64,000 bases of DNA, from contig CAWJMT010000035.1 of the NCBI GenBank assembly GCA_963844035.1, forward strand, positions 192,001 to 256,000. Reading direction: 5' to 3'. This document shows positions 40,712-50,455 of the stretch, one piece after another (position 1 is the stretch's first letter; each line of letters opens with the position of its first letter). The DNA comes from an uncultured Gemmatimonadales bacterium (GTDB lineage Bacteria > Gemmatimonadota > Gemmatimonadetes > Gemmatimonadales > GWC2-71-9). Under the pieces are notes generated by a model. It searched no databases, was not told the DNA's origin, and saw only the letters and a list, made by a program, of their open reading frames with translations. The translations under genes were made by a program, and so were the position numbers.

Positions 40712-43700
40712 CGGAAACCGCCAGGCGGTTGCGGCGTCTCGGGCGGCCACATGCCCGCGCCCGCGTCACCGCCACGGTCCTTGGGAGCGCTGGTGTCGCG
40801 CTCGCGATCGCCGCCGCGGGACTGTGGCTCGCGCCATGGGGCTTGGGGATAGCCGCCGCGTGGCTCGCGATTATTGCGGTCGGGGGGGTGGCGGTGCGCG
40901 TGGCAGGGCGCGCCGGCCGCGCGCTCGAGCCACGGATCTTGGCCCGGATGCTCGAAGGCACGAGCGAGGCACGTGCTGGAAGCGTGATCGGGACCATCGA
41001 ACCTGCCGGGGGCGATCTCTTCGCCCTCGCGGATGCGCACGCGGCGCGCGCCGTGACGGCGGCCGCGCCGCAGGTGCGCAGGATACTCGCCCGCGGCACG
41101 CGAGCCAGGCTCGTGGTGGGAATGGTAGCGGCGGCGGCTGGTGCCGCGCTGTTTGTCGCAGCCTCGCCCGCAGCGGGGCGCGCGGCGTTCTGGCATCCGC
41201 TGCGGGCGCTCGCCGACGCACGTGCGCCGGTGCGTCTCGAGGTGGATCGTTCGAGCGCGCGGCGTGGCGACATCGCCACGGTCACCATCGAGGCACCAGC
41301 GGCGACTGCCGCGATCCTCTGGACGCGGGGGCCGGGCGAGCCGTGGCGGTCGATCCCGGTGGCGCTCGACTCGGCGGGTCGCGCGGTTCAACGGGTGGGA
41401 CCGCTCGAGGCCGATCTCTACCTCCGGGCCACGAGCGGTGTGCGGCGCAGCGACGATCGCAAGATCGCCGTGGCGCTCCCCGCCTTTCTCGCCGCCCTCG
41501 ACGTGACGGCCCGGTTCCCCGCTTACCTGGAGCGCGCCGACGAATCGGTCCTTCCCGGTCCCGACACGATCCTCGTCCCGGAGGGAACGGAAATCGTCAC
41601 GGGCGGCGCCGCCAGCGTGGCGCTCGGGAGTGCGGCATGGATCGGTCGGGGTAGGGCCCGCGGGGATGGGGCTAGCGGTGGCGGGATCGCAGTTCAGAGG
41701 CCGGTTCAGGCCCGTCGCCTCGGGCACGTGGCAGCTCGTCCTCGTTCCGGCCGATGGTGGTGGTCTCGAGGGGGATGTGCCCGCGCTGCACCTGCGCGTG
41801 GTGCCCGACTCCGCTCCGACCGTCTCGGTTCCTGTTCCCGGACGCGACACGATTCTCCCGATTACGCTACGCCAACCGCTCGTGATCGATGCGCGCGACG
41901 ACCATGGCGTGAGGCGCGTCGACATCGTGAGCTGGCGCGTGAGCCAGACCGGCAAAGTGGGTGACACGCTGCGCCGGTCGGTCGACGTGAGCGGCGCAGG
42001 CGACCGCGCGTTGCTGCAAGGTGCGCTCGATGCTGAGGGCCGCGGGTTGCTTCCCGGCGACACCCTACGGTTCCGAGTCGAGGCGTGGGACAATGCGCCC
42101 GTGGCGCACCGCGGGCAGAGCGCGGAGGTCGCGCTCCGGCTGGCGAGCCTTGCGGAGCTGCGGGCGGCCACGCGGTCCGCAACGCAGGACGTCGGGTCGA
42201 GCGCCGACTCGCTCGCGACGGCGGCGGCCGACCTTTCCCGGCGCATGGCCGATCTGGCGCAGGAACGTCCGCGCGAGGGCAGTGCGGCTGGCGAGCGTGC
42301 CGCGGGTGCCCAGGCGGGAAGCCTCCCGTTCGAGGTGAGCGAGCGCGCCACCGCGATCGCCGACCAGGTGGCCGAGCTGCAGGAGCGCGCGCGACAGCTC
42401 GCCCAGGCGGTGGAGCGGGTGGCGCGGGTTGCGCAGCAGGCCGGCTTGACCGACACCGCGTTCCAGTCGCGTCTGGAGGAAGTGCGACAGCTGTTGCAGC
42501 AGGCGCTCACACCCGAGCTGGAGCAGCGACTGCGCGACCTGCAGGCGGCCCTGGAGCGACTCAACCCCGATGCCACGCGCCAGGCGCTCGAGCAGCTGGC
42601 CGAGTCGCAGCGCCAGTTCCGCGAGGCCCTCGAACGCAGCCGGTCGCTGTTCCAGCGCGCCGCCGTCGAGGGTGCACTCGAGTCTCTGGCCGCAGACGCA
42701 GAGGATCTGCGGCGCAGGCAAGGCGACTGGAACCGGGCGCTCCCGGCGCGGTCCGATAGCGCGGCCGGCCGGCGCGAGCGGGCGCTGGCGGTGCGCGCCG
42801 ATTCGCTGACCCGGGCGATCGCGCGGATGGGTGGCGATCTCGCGCGGACCGGGTCCGCCCGGAGCGGAAGCGCGCCGCTCGCGACTCCACAGGCGGCGGC
42901 GGCCCGGGCGACGGGCGCCATGCAGGGGGCGGCGTCCGCGGCGGACGCGAATGATGCGGCGCGGGCGATGCGCGACGGCGCCGTCGCGGAGTCGGCGCTG
43001 GCGGAAATCCCCGACCAGTTGCGTGCCCAACGGGATTCGGCGGTGCGGGCCTGGCGTCAGGAAACGCTGGACGCCCTCGACCGCGCGCTTTCCGAGAGCG
43101 CGGCACTCGCGGAACGGCAGCTGCGGATCGCGGAAGGCCTGCGCGCGGGCGAGGCCGGCGCTGCGGCGCGCTCCCGCCAGGCGTCGGTGGAGGAGGGCAC
43201 GCAGGTGATCGGACGGCAGATTCGGGCGGCGTCGGGCCGGCATGCCCTTGTCTCACCGGAGCTCGAGGGCGCCTTGGCCCTCGCGCGCCACCAGATGCGC
43301 GCGGCGCGCGAACAGCTCGAGGCCCCCGTTCCCAACCCGGATGCGGCAGCGGCGTTGGCGGAAGGGTCGGTGGATGCACTGAACGCGACCGCGTATGCAC
43401 TGGCACGGACTCGCAGCGACGTAGCCAACGCGAAGTCGGGGAGTGGATTCGCCGAGGCCATGGAGCGCCTCACGAAGCTGGCAGGCCAGCAGGGAGCATT
43501 GAACGCCCAGGCGCAGGGTCTGCTGCCGCTCGGCGCCGGCGCCGGCGATGCGGTACAGGAGCAGCTGCGCGCGTTGGCGGCGCAGCAGCGGGCGCTCGCG
43601 GACCAGCTTGACCGGCTGCGGGCCGAGGGTGCGAGTTCAGCGGCGGGCGCGCTGGGGCAGGAGGCCCGCGATCTCGCCCGGCAACTCGAGGCAGGGCGAC

Positions 43701-43984
43701 TCGATTCTCAAACGGTGCGACGCCAGGATCATCTGTATCACCGTCTGCTCGATGCGGGCCGGACCCTGACCAGCGCCTCGCCCGACGAGCAGCGGGCGCG
43801 GGTCAGCCGGCCGGCGACGGAGGGCGACGTGCACACGCCGGCCTTGTTGGCACCGGGCGCCACGGGCTCAGGTCCGCCGCTCCGCTATCCCACGTGGGAT
43901 GAGTTGATGGCGCTGACACCAGAGCAGCGCCGGCTGGTGCTCGAATACTTCCGACGCATCAATGCGCCACCGGTTGCGCACTAG
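40708..43984 (+). CDS. Large DUF4175-like membrane protein: TMs, Ig-like region, long coiled coil (indel near 41650)
   Basis: GTG at 40708 overlaps the upstream stop; PAYL, PDSAPTV, ARDDHGV, LLPGD...EAWDN; Gln/Ala coiled coil; ends VLEYFRRI. Confidence 0.7.
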
Positions 43985-45710
43985 CGGCCTGGTGGGCACC
44001 GCGCTCATGGCGCTCGCGCCGTGTGGTGCGACCGCGCAGGCCATCGGCGGGGGCTTCGACCTCGAGCGGGCCGGTCAGCCCGCGCGGGCGGCCACCGTCT
44101 ATCTGTCCACCCTGCGCAGTGACCCCACCAACCTGGCCGCACTGCTCGGCCTCGAGCGCGTGCTCCCGCAGCTGCAGCGCATGCCGGAGCTGCTGCCGCT
44201 GGCACAGCAGGCGGTCGCGCGCGACTCCGCGAGCGGCTCGTTGCGCGGCCTGCTGGTGCGGACGTACGTCGCGCTCGACATGCCCGACAGCGCGATGGCG
44301 GTGGCGGAGCGTTGGGCCCGGAGTCGTCCTCAAGACGAGGAGCCGTATCGGGAGTGGGCACTTGCGCTGGCGGAGCATCATTTCAGTACCGAGGCCCGGC
44401 GGGTGCTCGGCGCCGGCCGGAAGGCATTGGGTGGGCCCGCCACCTTTGCCCTCGAGCTGGCCGCGCTCGCACAGCAAGCCGGTGATTGGGAGGGCGCGGC
44501 GCAGGAGTGGGTATTAGTCATCACGGCAACGCCGGCGCAGGCGCAGACAGCGCTGACGCAGCTCGCCGACGCGCCAGCAGAGCAGCGCGAACGGATGGTC
44601 CGAGCGCTTACACCGCGCGGCGGCCCGGTGCTCGGCGTGCGGCTCGCCGCGGAGCTCCTGCTCGGATGGGGCGACCCCGCGCGCGCGTGGACCATTTTCG
44701 CGACCACGGTCGAGACCCCATCGGCGGATGCCGGCTACGCGCTGCGGCGCTTTGCCGATCTGGCCGGCGCGCTCAGAACGCCCGCTGGGTGGCGCGTGCG
44801 CGGGCTCGCCCTCAGCCGGTTCGCCGGTTTCGCTCCCGCGCGCGTGGCGGTCCGGGCGCGAGCGGAGGCCGCGCGATCATTTCTGCAGGCCGGGGACGCG
44901 GCGGCGGCGCGCATCGAGCTCGAACGCGTGGTGGATGACGGCAGCGCACCGCCTGATGCGCAGCGGCTCGCGACCGCCACGCTGATCGGCGTCTTGATCG
45001 GAGAGGGGCAGCTCGACAGCGCGACGGCGCGGCTGCAGGCCGCACGCATCCGCCTCGGCGCAGAGGATCGGGCGGCGCTCCGGGCGGCGCTCGCGCGGGC
45101 ACGCATTCGCCGGGGCGAGTTGATCCGAGCCGACTCCCTGGTGGCGAACGACTCCAGCGTCGAAGCCCTCGCACTGCAGGGCTGGCTCGCGCTGTACCGC
45201 GGCAATTTGCGCGAGGCGCGCGCGCGACTCGGGGCGGCCGGCCCCTATGCCGGTGATCGTCGTGAGGCGACTGCGCGCACCGCGATGTTGGCCCTCATGG
45301 AACGTCTCCCGCGCGACACTTTCCCTGCGCTGGGCCGCGCACTGCTCACGCTGGCGCGCGGCGATTCGGCTGTCGCGGTGACGGAGCTGCGGCGCGCCGC
45401 GGATGAGCTCACGGCGGAGCAGGGCCGGGGAGATGTCCTGCTCGTGGCCGGCCGGATCGCTGCGCAGCTTGGCCCGCAGGGCGAAGCGACGGCGATCGTG
45501 CTGTTCGAGGAGGTCGTGCGCATCGGTGGCACCGGGTCGGCGCCGCCGGCGGCCGAGCTGGCCTGGGCCGAGCTGCTGCTGCGCCAGGGGCACCTCGAGG
45601 CCGCGATCAAACACCTCGAAAGTGTCATTCTTGCGTATCCCGAAAGCGCGGTCGTGCCCGAGGCGCGCCGGCGGCTCGACGCAGCGAAGGGAGCGATTCC
45701 CAAGTCGTGA
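43962..45710 (+). CDS. Secreted TPR-repeat protein
   Basis: Signal peptide; helical repeats; C-terminal AIKHLESVILAYPESAVVPEARRRL. Confidence 0.75.
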   Translation: MRHRLRTSGLVGTALMALAPCGATAQAIGGGFDLERAGQPARAATVYLSTLRSDPTNLAALLGLERVLPQLQRMPELLPLAQQAVARDSASGSLRGLLVRTYVALDMPDSAMAVAERWARSRPQDEEPYREWALALAEHHFSTEARRVLGAGRKALGGPATFALELAALAQQAGDWEGAAQEWVLVITATPAQAQTALTQLADAPAEQRERMVRALTPRGGPVLGVRLAAELLLGWGDPARAWTIFATTVETPSADAGYALRRFADLAGALRTPAGWRVRGLALSRFAGFAPARVAVRARAEAARSFLQAGDAAAARIELERVVDDGSAPPDAQRLATATLIGVLIGEGQLDSATARLQAARIRLGAEDRAALRAALARARIRRGELIRADSLVANDSSVEALALQGWLALYRGNLREARARLGAAGPYAGDRREATARTAMLALMERLPRDTFPALGRALLTLARGDSAVAVTELRRAADELTAEQGRGDVLLVAGRIAAQLGPQGEATAIVLFEEVVRIGGTGSAPPAAELAWAELLLRQGHLEAAIKHLESVILAYPESAVVPEARRRLDAAKGAIPKS

Positions 45711-47019
45711 GGCGGAGAGAGTTCGTACGGGCGGTCGGGCGGACAGGCGGTCTGGCGGTCACGGCGGATCTCCTTGGCCTGCCGTCTCTGACCGCCCGAC
45801 CGCCCGACCGTCTGACCGCCCAGCTTCTCATCCCCATGGACGAGGCGCAAACCGACCATCTCAAAGCGTACGGCGTGACGTATCGAGTCATCCAAGCCGG
45901 TATGCAGGCGGAGTGGCTGCTCAACTATCGCGGCGGATCGTTTCTCGTCCCCGATGGGACGGCGATCCGACGTGACGCCGGGCTGACCGGCGCGCGGGTC
46001 GAGCCCGTCACGCGCGGACGACATCGCCGCGATCCGCGGAACGATCGGGGCGACGAATGCGGACTGCCATCCCGCTCGAGAAGGCGCCCAAGATTGCCGT
46101 GTACGTGCCGCCCAACGCCCCCCCGTGGGACGATGCGGTGACGATGGCGCTCCAGTACGCCGGCGTCCCGTTCGACAAGGTGTGGGACTTCGAGGTGATT
46201 GGCGGGACACTCCCGCGGTACGACTGGCTGCACCTGCACCACGAGGATTTCACGGGTCAATACTCGAAATTTTCTCTGACGCACGCCGGCAAGCCGTGGC
46301 TCGCCGAGATGGTGCAGGTCAATACCGACGCGGCGAAACGCCTCGGGTTTCGCAACGTCCCCGATCTCAAGGGCGCTGTCGCCCGGGTGATCCGCGACTA
46401 CGTCGCGAACGGTGGCTTTTTGTTCGCCATGTGCACCGCGACGGAGACGATCGACCTTGCGCTGGCCGCCGAGCACGTCGACATCGCGGCGCGACTGGCG
46501 GACGGGACCCCGATCGACCCCGCGGCCGACCGGAAGCTCGACTGGAGCCGGAGCATCGCCTTCACCGGCGCGCACATCGAGCCGGACGCGACGGTCCCGA
46601 GCTTCTCCGACATCGATGGTCACCAGGTGAACGTTCCCACCCGGCAGCGACCGCTGGGCGCGTTCAAGCTCTTCAACTTCAGCGCCAAATTCGACCCGGT
46701 GGCCGCGATGCTGGTGCAAAACCACCGCGACTCGATTCCGGACTTCTACGGGCTGACGACTTCGTTCATGCGCGACCGGCTGAAGCCCAGCGTGGTGGTG
46801 CTGGCCGATGAACCCGGTGCGCCGTGGGTGAAGTACATCCACGGCAACCTGGGGAAGGGTACCTGGACGTTCTTCGGTGGCCACGATCCCGAAGATCCCC
46901 AACACGTGCTGGGCGAAGCGCCGACGGACCTGTCGTTGCACCCGCATTCGCCGGGGTATCGCCTCATCCTGAACAACGTGCTTTTCCCGGCCGCCAAGAA
47001 ACGGGAGCTGAAGACGTGA
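45707..47019 (+). CDS. Secreted class-I glutamine-amidotransferase-like protein (family often labelled 'asparagine synthetase B'); indels near 46020-46060
   Basis: Tat-like MRRREFV; LIPMD..Q..HLKAYG, WLLNYRGGSF, PWDDAVT, DWLHLHHEDFTGQ, GGFLFAMC, GGHDPED, PGYRLILNN. Confidence 0.7.
45729..45821. repeat. Octamer-periodic inverted repeat (33-bp arms) inside a signal-peptide coding region
   Basis: G GGCGGTCG GGCGGACA GGCGGTCT GGCGGTCA ... TGACCGCC CGACCGCC CGACCGTC TGACCGCC C. Confidence 0.85.
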
Positions 47020-49532
47020 GCGTCGACCGGCTGTCGCCCGCGGTGCAGGCGCTGCTCAGCGTCGAGATCGCTGCCGCGCAGGGACGCGAGGTGTCGTTCG
47101 TGGCGCGGCCCGATGCGAGCGGCCGGTTGGTCGAGGCGCGGGTCGCGGCGCGGGGCACGGTCGACGCCGTGCTCGCGCTCCCCGGGATCGCCGAGCGTGG
47201 AGAGATGCTGCTCCACAACCACCCGAGCGGCGTCCTCGACCCGTCGGGCGCGGACCTGGCGGTCGCCGCCCGGCTGCATGACGGCGGCGTGGGCTTCGCG
47301 ATCGTGAACAACGCGGTGACCGATTGCTACGTCGTGGTCGAGATCCCGCGCCGCCGCGCGACGATGCGCCTCGACGCCGTAGACGTCGCCGGGATGCTCG
47401 CCGAGCACGGCCCGGTGGCGAAGGGCATGGGCGCGTTCGAGGATCGCCCGAGCCAGCGGGATATGGCGGCGTACATCGCCGACGTCTACAACGACGGCGG
47501 CGTGGCCGTGCTCGAGGCCGGCACCGGGGTGGGGAAGTCGTTTGCCTACCTGGTGCCGGCGCTGATCTGGGCGCGTGAAAACGGCGAGCGCACGGTCGTT
47601 TCCACCAACACGATCAACCTGCAAGAGCAGCTGGTCGGGAAGGATCTGCCGGTGCTCGCGCGTGCGCTCGCGACCGGGGACCATACCCCCAGCTTCGCAC
47701 TGCTCAAGGGATGGCGGAACTACCTGTGCCTCGCACGGCTCGAGCAGGCTCGGGGCGCGCAGGACTCGATGTTCGACTCCGCGCGGGCGGCCGAGATCGA
47801 AACGCTCGCGGCGTGGGCGGCACGCACCGGCGACGGCAGCCTCGCCGACCTGGCCGACGAGCCCACGGCGGAGGTGTGGGACGCGGTGGCGGCGGAGTCG
47901 GACCTGTGCCCGCGTCTCGCGTGCCCGCACTTCGAGCACTGCTTCCTGTTTCAAGCGCGCCGGCGTGCCGCGGAGGCCGACGTCGTCGTGGTGAACCATC
48001 ACCTGCTGGCGTCCGACCTCGCCGTGCGGATTGCGTCGGAGAACTGGCTGGAGGCGGCCGTGCTGCCTCCTTACCGGCGTCTCGTGCTGGATGAGGCGCA
48101 TCACGTGGAGGACGTCGCGGCCACGCACCTCGGCGCCCATGTCAGCGCCATCGGCGTGCAGCGGTTGCTCGCGCGGCTCGAGCGCAACGGGCGCGGGCTG
48201 TTGCCGACGATCATCGCCGAGCTGGCGGCGCGGGACGACGCCTCGAGCCCGGTCAACCGGCAGCTCGCAGGCCAGAGCCTCGTGGACGCGCTTGTGGCGG
48301 CGCGCCGGGCGGCCGACACGCTCTTCCTTCTTCTCGGTGTGCACCTCGACGGCGTGGCGGGGCAGGGACCCGTGCTGCGTCTCACGGACGCGTTCGCCGC
48401 GGATCCTGTGTGGGGCCAGGGCCTGGGCGTCGCGTTCGAGAACCTGCTGGTGAGCTTGAACTCGCTGCGCAGCGGGGTGGAGACGATCGCCGACCAGCTG
48501 ACGCTGGAGGATCCCGCCGACCGCAAGGCACAGCTGATCGCCGAGCTGCGGGGAGTGGTGCGCCGCCTAGACGCCGCGGCGCAGGGGCTCACGGCGGCAC
48601 TGCAGCCGCCGCCGGGCGGCCCGGCCGCCGTGCGCTGGCTCGAGCGCCGGGGCAAGAAGGGGGGGAACCTGTCGCTCGCCTCCGTCCCGCTCGACCTGGC
48701 GCCGTTGCTCAAGGAGAATCTATTCGACCGGGTCGAGACGGTCGTCCTGACGAGCGCCACACTCGCCGCCAGCGGGGATTTCAGTTTCCTGGAAGAGCGT
48801 CTGGGCCTCGATCTCCCGCCGGCGCGCGTGGTGGTGCGGGAAATTCTCGCGTCACCATTCGACTTCGGGTCGCAGTGCCTGTTCGGGATCCCCAACGATC
48901 TCCCCGAACCGCGGGATGACGAGGCGGGGCATGACGCCGCCGTCGCGCGGGTACTGCTCGACCTCGCGCGGGCCGCGGACGGGGGCATCTTCGTGCTGTT
49001 CACGAGTCACGCGGCGCTGCGCCGCGCGGCGGCGGCGGTGCGCGATCACGTCGGGGGACGCTGGCCGCTGCTCGTGCAGGGCGAGGGGCAGCGCGATCAG
49101 ATGCTGCGCCGGTTTCGCGAGTCGGGCTCGGCGATCCTGCTCGGCACCGACTCGTTCTGGGAGGGAGTGGACGTACCGGGCCGCGCCCTACGCGTATTGA
49201 TCCTGACCAAGCTGCCGTTCAAGGTGCCCACGGAGCCGCTCACCGCGGCGCGCCTCGAGCGTCTCGAGGAGCGGGGCGTGAACGGTTTCACGCGCTATCT
49301 CGTGCCGCTCGCCGCGCTCAAGTTGAAACAGGGGTTCGGGCGGTTGATTCGCACGCGCTCGGACGCGGGTGTCGTGCTGCTGCTGGACCGACGCGTTGTG
49401 ACGAAACCGTATGGGGCCCGCATGCTCGAGGGTTTGCCTGCCACGGACCCCATCATCGGGAGCTGGGACGAGATCCGGCGGCGCTCCGAAGAGTTCTTTG
49501 CGGAACATGGGATCGGCGCTCCCGCGGTCTGA
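47016..49532 (+). CDS. DinG/YoaA-family Fe-S helicase with N-terminal RadC-like JAB/MPN domain
   Basis: GREV...LLHNHPSGVLDPSGADL; EAGTGVGKS, NYLC...CPRLAC...C, DEAH, LTSATL, FWEGVD, KLPF, KQGFGRLIR. Confidence 0.9.
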   Translation: MSVDRLSPAVQALLSVEIAAAQGREVSFVARPDASGRLVEARVAARGTVDAVLALPGIAERGEMLLHNHPSGVLDPSGADLAVAARLHDGGVGFAIVNNAVTDCYVVVEIPRRRATMRLDAVDVAGMLAEHGPVAKGMGAFEDRPSQRDMAAYIADVYNDGGVAVLEAGTGVGKSFAYLVPALIWARENGERTVVSTNTINLQEQLVGKDLPVLARALATGDHTPSFALLKGWRNYLCLARLEQARGAQDSMFDSARAAEIETLAAWAARTGDGSLADLADEPTAEVWDAVAAESDLCPRLACPHFEHCFLFQARRRAAEADVVVVNHHLLASDLAVRIASENWLEAAVLPPYRRLVLDEAHHVEDVAATHLGAHVSAIGVQRLLARLERNGRGLLPTIIAELAARDDASSPVNRQLAGQSLVDALVAARRAADTLFLLLGVHLDGVAGQGPVLRLTDAFAADPVWGQGLGVAFENLLVSLNSLRSGVETIADQLTLEDPADRKAQLIAELRGVVRRLDAAAQGLTAALQPPPGGPAAVRWLERRGKKGGNLSLASVPLDLAPLLKENLFDRVETVVLTSATLAASGDFSFLEERLGLDLPPARVVVREILASPFDFGSQCLFGIPNDLPEPRDDEAGHDAAVARVLLDLARAADGGIFVLFTSHAALRRAAAAVRDHVGGRWPLLVQGEGQRDQMLRRFRESGSAILLGTDSFWEGVDVPGRALRVLILTKLPFKVPTEPLTAARLERLEERGVNGFTRYLVPLAALKLKQGFGRLIRTRSDAGVVLLLDRRVVTKPYGARMLEGLPATDPIIGSWDEIRRRSEEFFAEHGIGAPAV

Positions 49533-49559
49533 CGGGGCCGCCCACGTGTAGATTGCAGG

Positions 49560-50417
49560 GTGTTTGAGCTTCGCAGGATTGCTACCCGGCCCGCGCGGGC
49601 TACATGGCTCGCGAGCGCGGCGCTGCACGCGATTGTCATCGCGGTCGTTGCGGCGGTCGCGTGGCGGGCAAAGCCCACCACGCAGTTCATCACGTTGAGC
49701 GCACCGGTTGTGCGGAAAATGCCGTCGCTGCCGCCTCGCGGGGGCAGCGCCCGGGCTCGGGGCCCTAGTGGGGGGCTCGGCAATCCGGTGCCGGTGGCGC
49801 CCCCCCCGGTCACCCAGGCGGCCCCGGCGCCGGTGGGCATCGTGGACTCCACCCCGGCGGTGCTCCCCCCCGTCGTCCGTCGTCCTGTCGGTGTCGAGCC
49901 CCGTCTTCCCGACTCGCTCATCTGGGCGATGCCGCGACCGGCCCTGCCCGCCGACGTGGCGGAGCTGCTCTATAGCCCTAGCGATCCCAAGGTCCCGCTG
50001 CCAAGGGATTCCATCGTCAAAGTACGGCTGCGTGCGATGGTGGACTCGATGAACCGCATCATCGATGCGGAACAGCGTGCGGGCCGGAAACCAACGTGGA
50101 TGACGGATGTGGCGGGGAAGAAATTCGGGATGGACTCGCAGAACATCTACATCGCCGGAATGAAGATCCCCACGCCGGTGTTGATGGCGTTCGGAAGCCT
50201 GCTGCCTCAGGGGAATTTCGACGAAGCCATGCGCGGGCGGCAGCTCGCCTATATACGTGAGGATATTTTGCAGGCGGCTGCCCGCACGCAGAATCTCGAG
50301 GAGTTTCGCAAGTACGTGCGTGAGCTGCGACAGCGTAAGCAGAGCGAGCGCGACGCGGCCAAACACCAGCGGGATTCGGTAGTCGCGAAACCGGATACAG
50401 AACGAATAGTGCCGTAG
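49560..50417 (+). CDS. Hypothetical membrane-anchored Pro-rich protein (TonB-like SxxxH N-terminus)
   Basis: WLASAALHAIVIA TM, Pro-rich linker, charged helical C-terminus. Confidence 0.6.
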   Translation: MFELRRIATRPARATWLASAALHAIVIAVVAAVAWRAKPTTQFITLSAPVVRKMPSLPPRGGSARARGPSGGLGNPVPVAPPPVTQAAPAPVGIVDSTPAVLPPVVRRPVGVEPRLPDSLIWAMPRPALPADVAELLYSPSDPKVPLPRDSIVKVRLRAMVDSMNRIIDAEQRAGRKPTWMTDVAGKKFGMDSQNIYIAGMKIPTPVLMAFGSLLPQGNFDEAMRGRQLAYIREDILQAAARTQNLEEFRKYVRELRQRKQSERDAAKHQRDSVVAKPDTERIVP

Positions 50418-50427
50418 AGGGGGAGAC

Positions 50428-50455
50428 GACGCTAAGACGCTAAGACGCTATGAGC
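50428..50455 (+). repeat. Octamer tandem repeat GACGCTAA, copy 1
   Basis: GACGCTAAGACGCTAAGACGCTATGAGC; overlaps the gltX stop. Confidence 0.85.

Noticed and set aside
45707..47019. True asparagine synthetase AsnB
   Set aside because: It has no N-terminal Cys Ntn domain or SGGLDS motif and carries an export signal.
47016..49532. Type IV CRISPR CasDinG or defence-island helicase
   Set aside because: No cas or defence genes are nearby, and the gene is coupled to a housekeeping-like operon.
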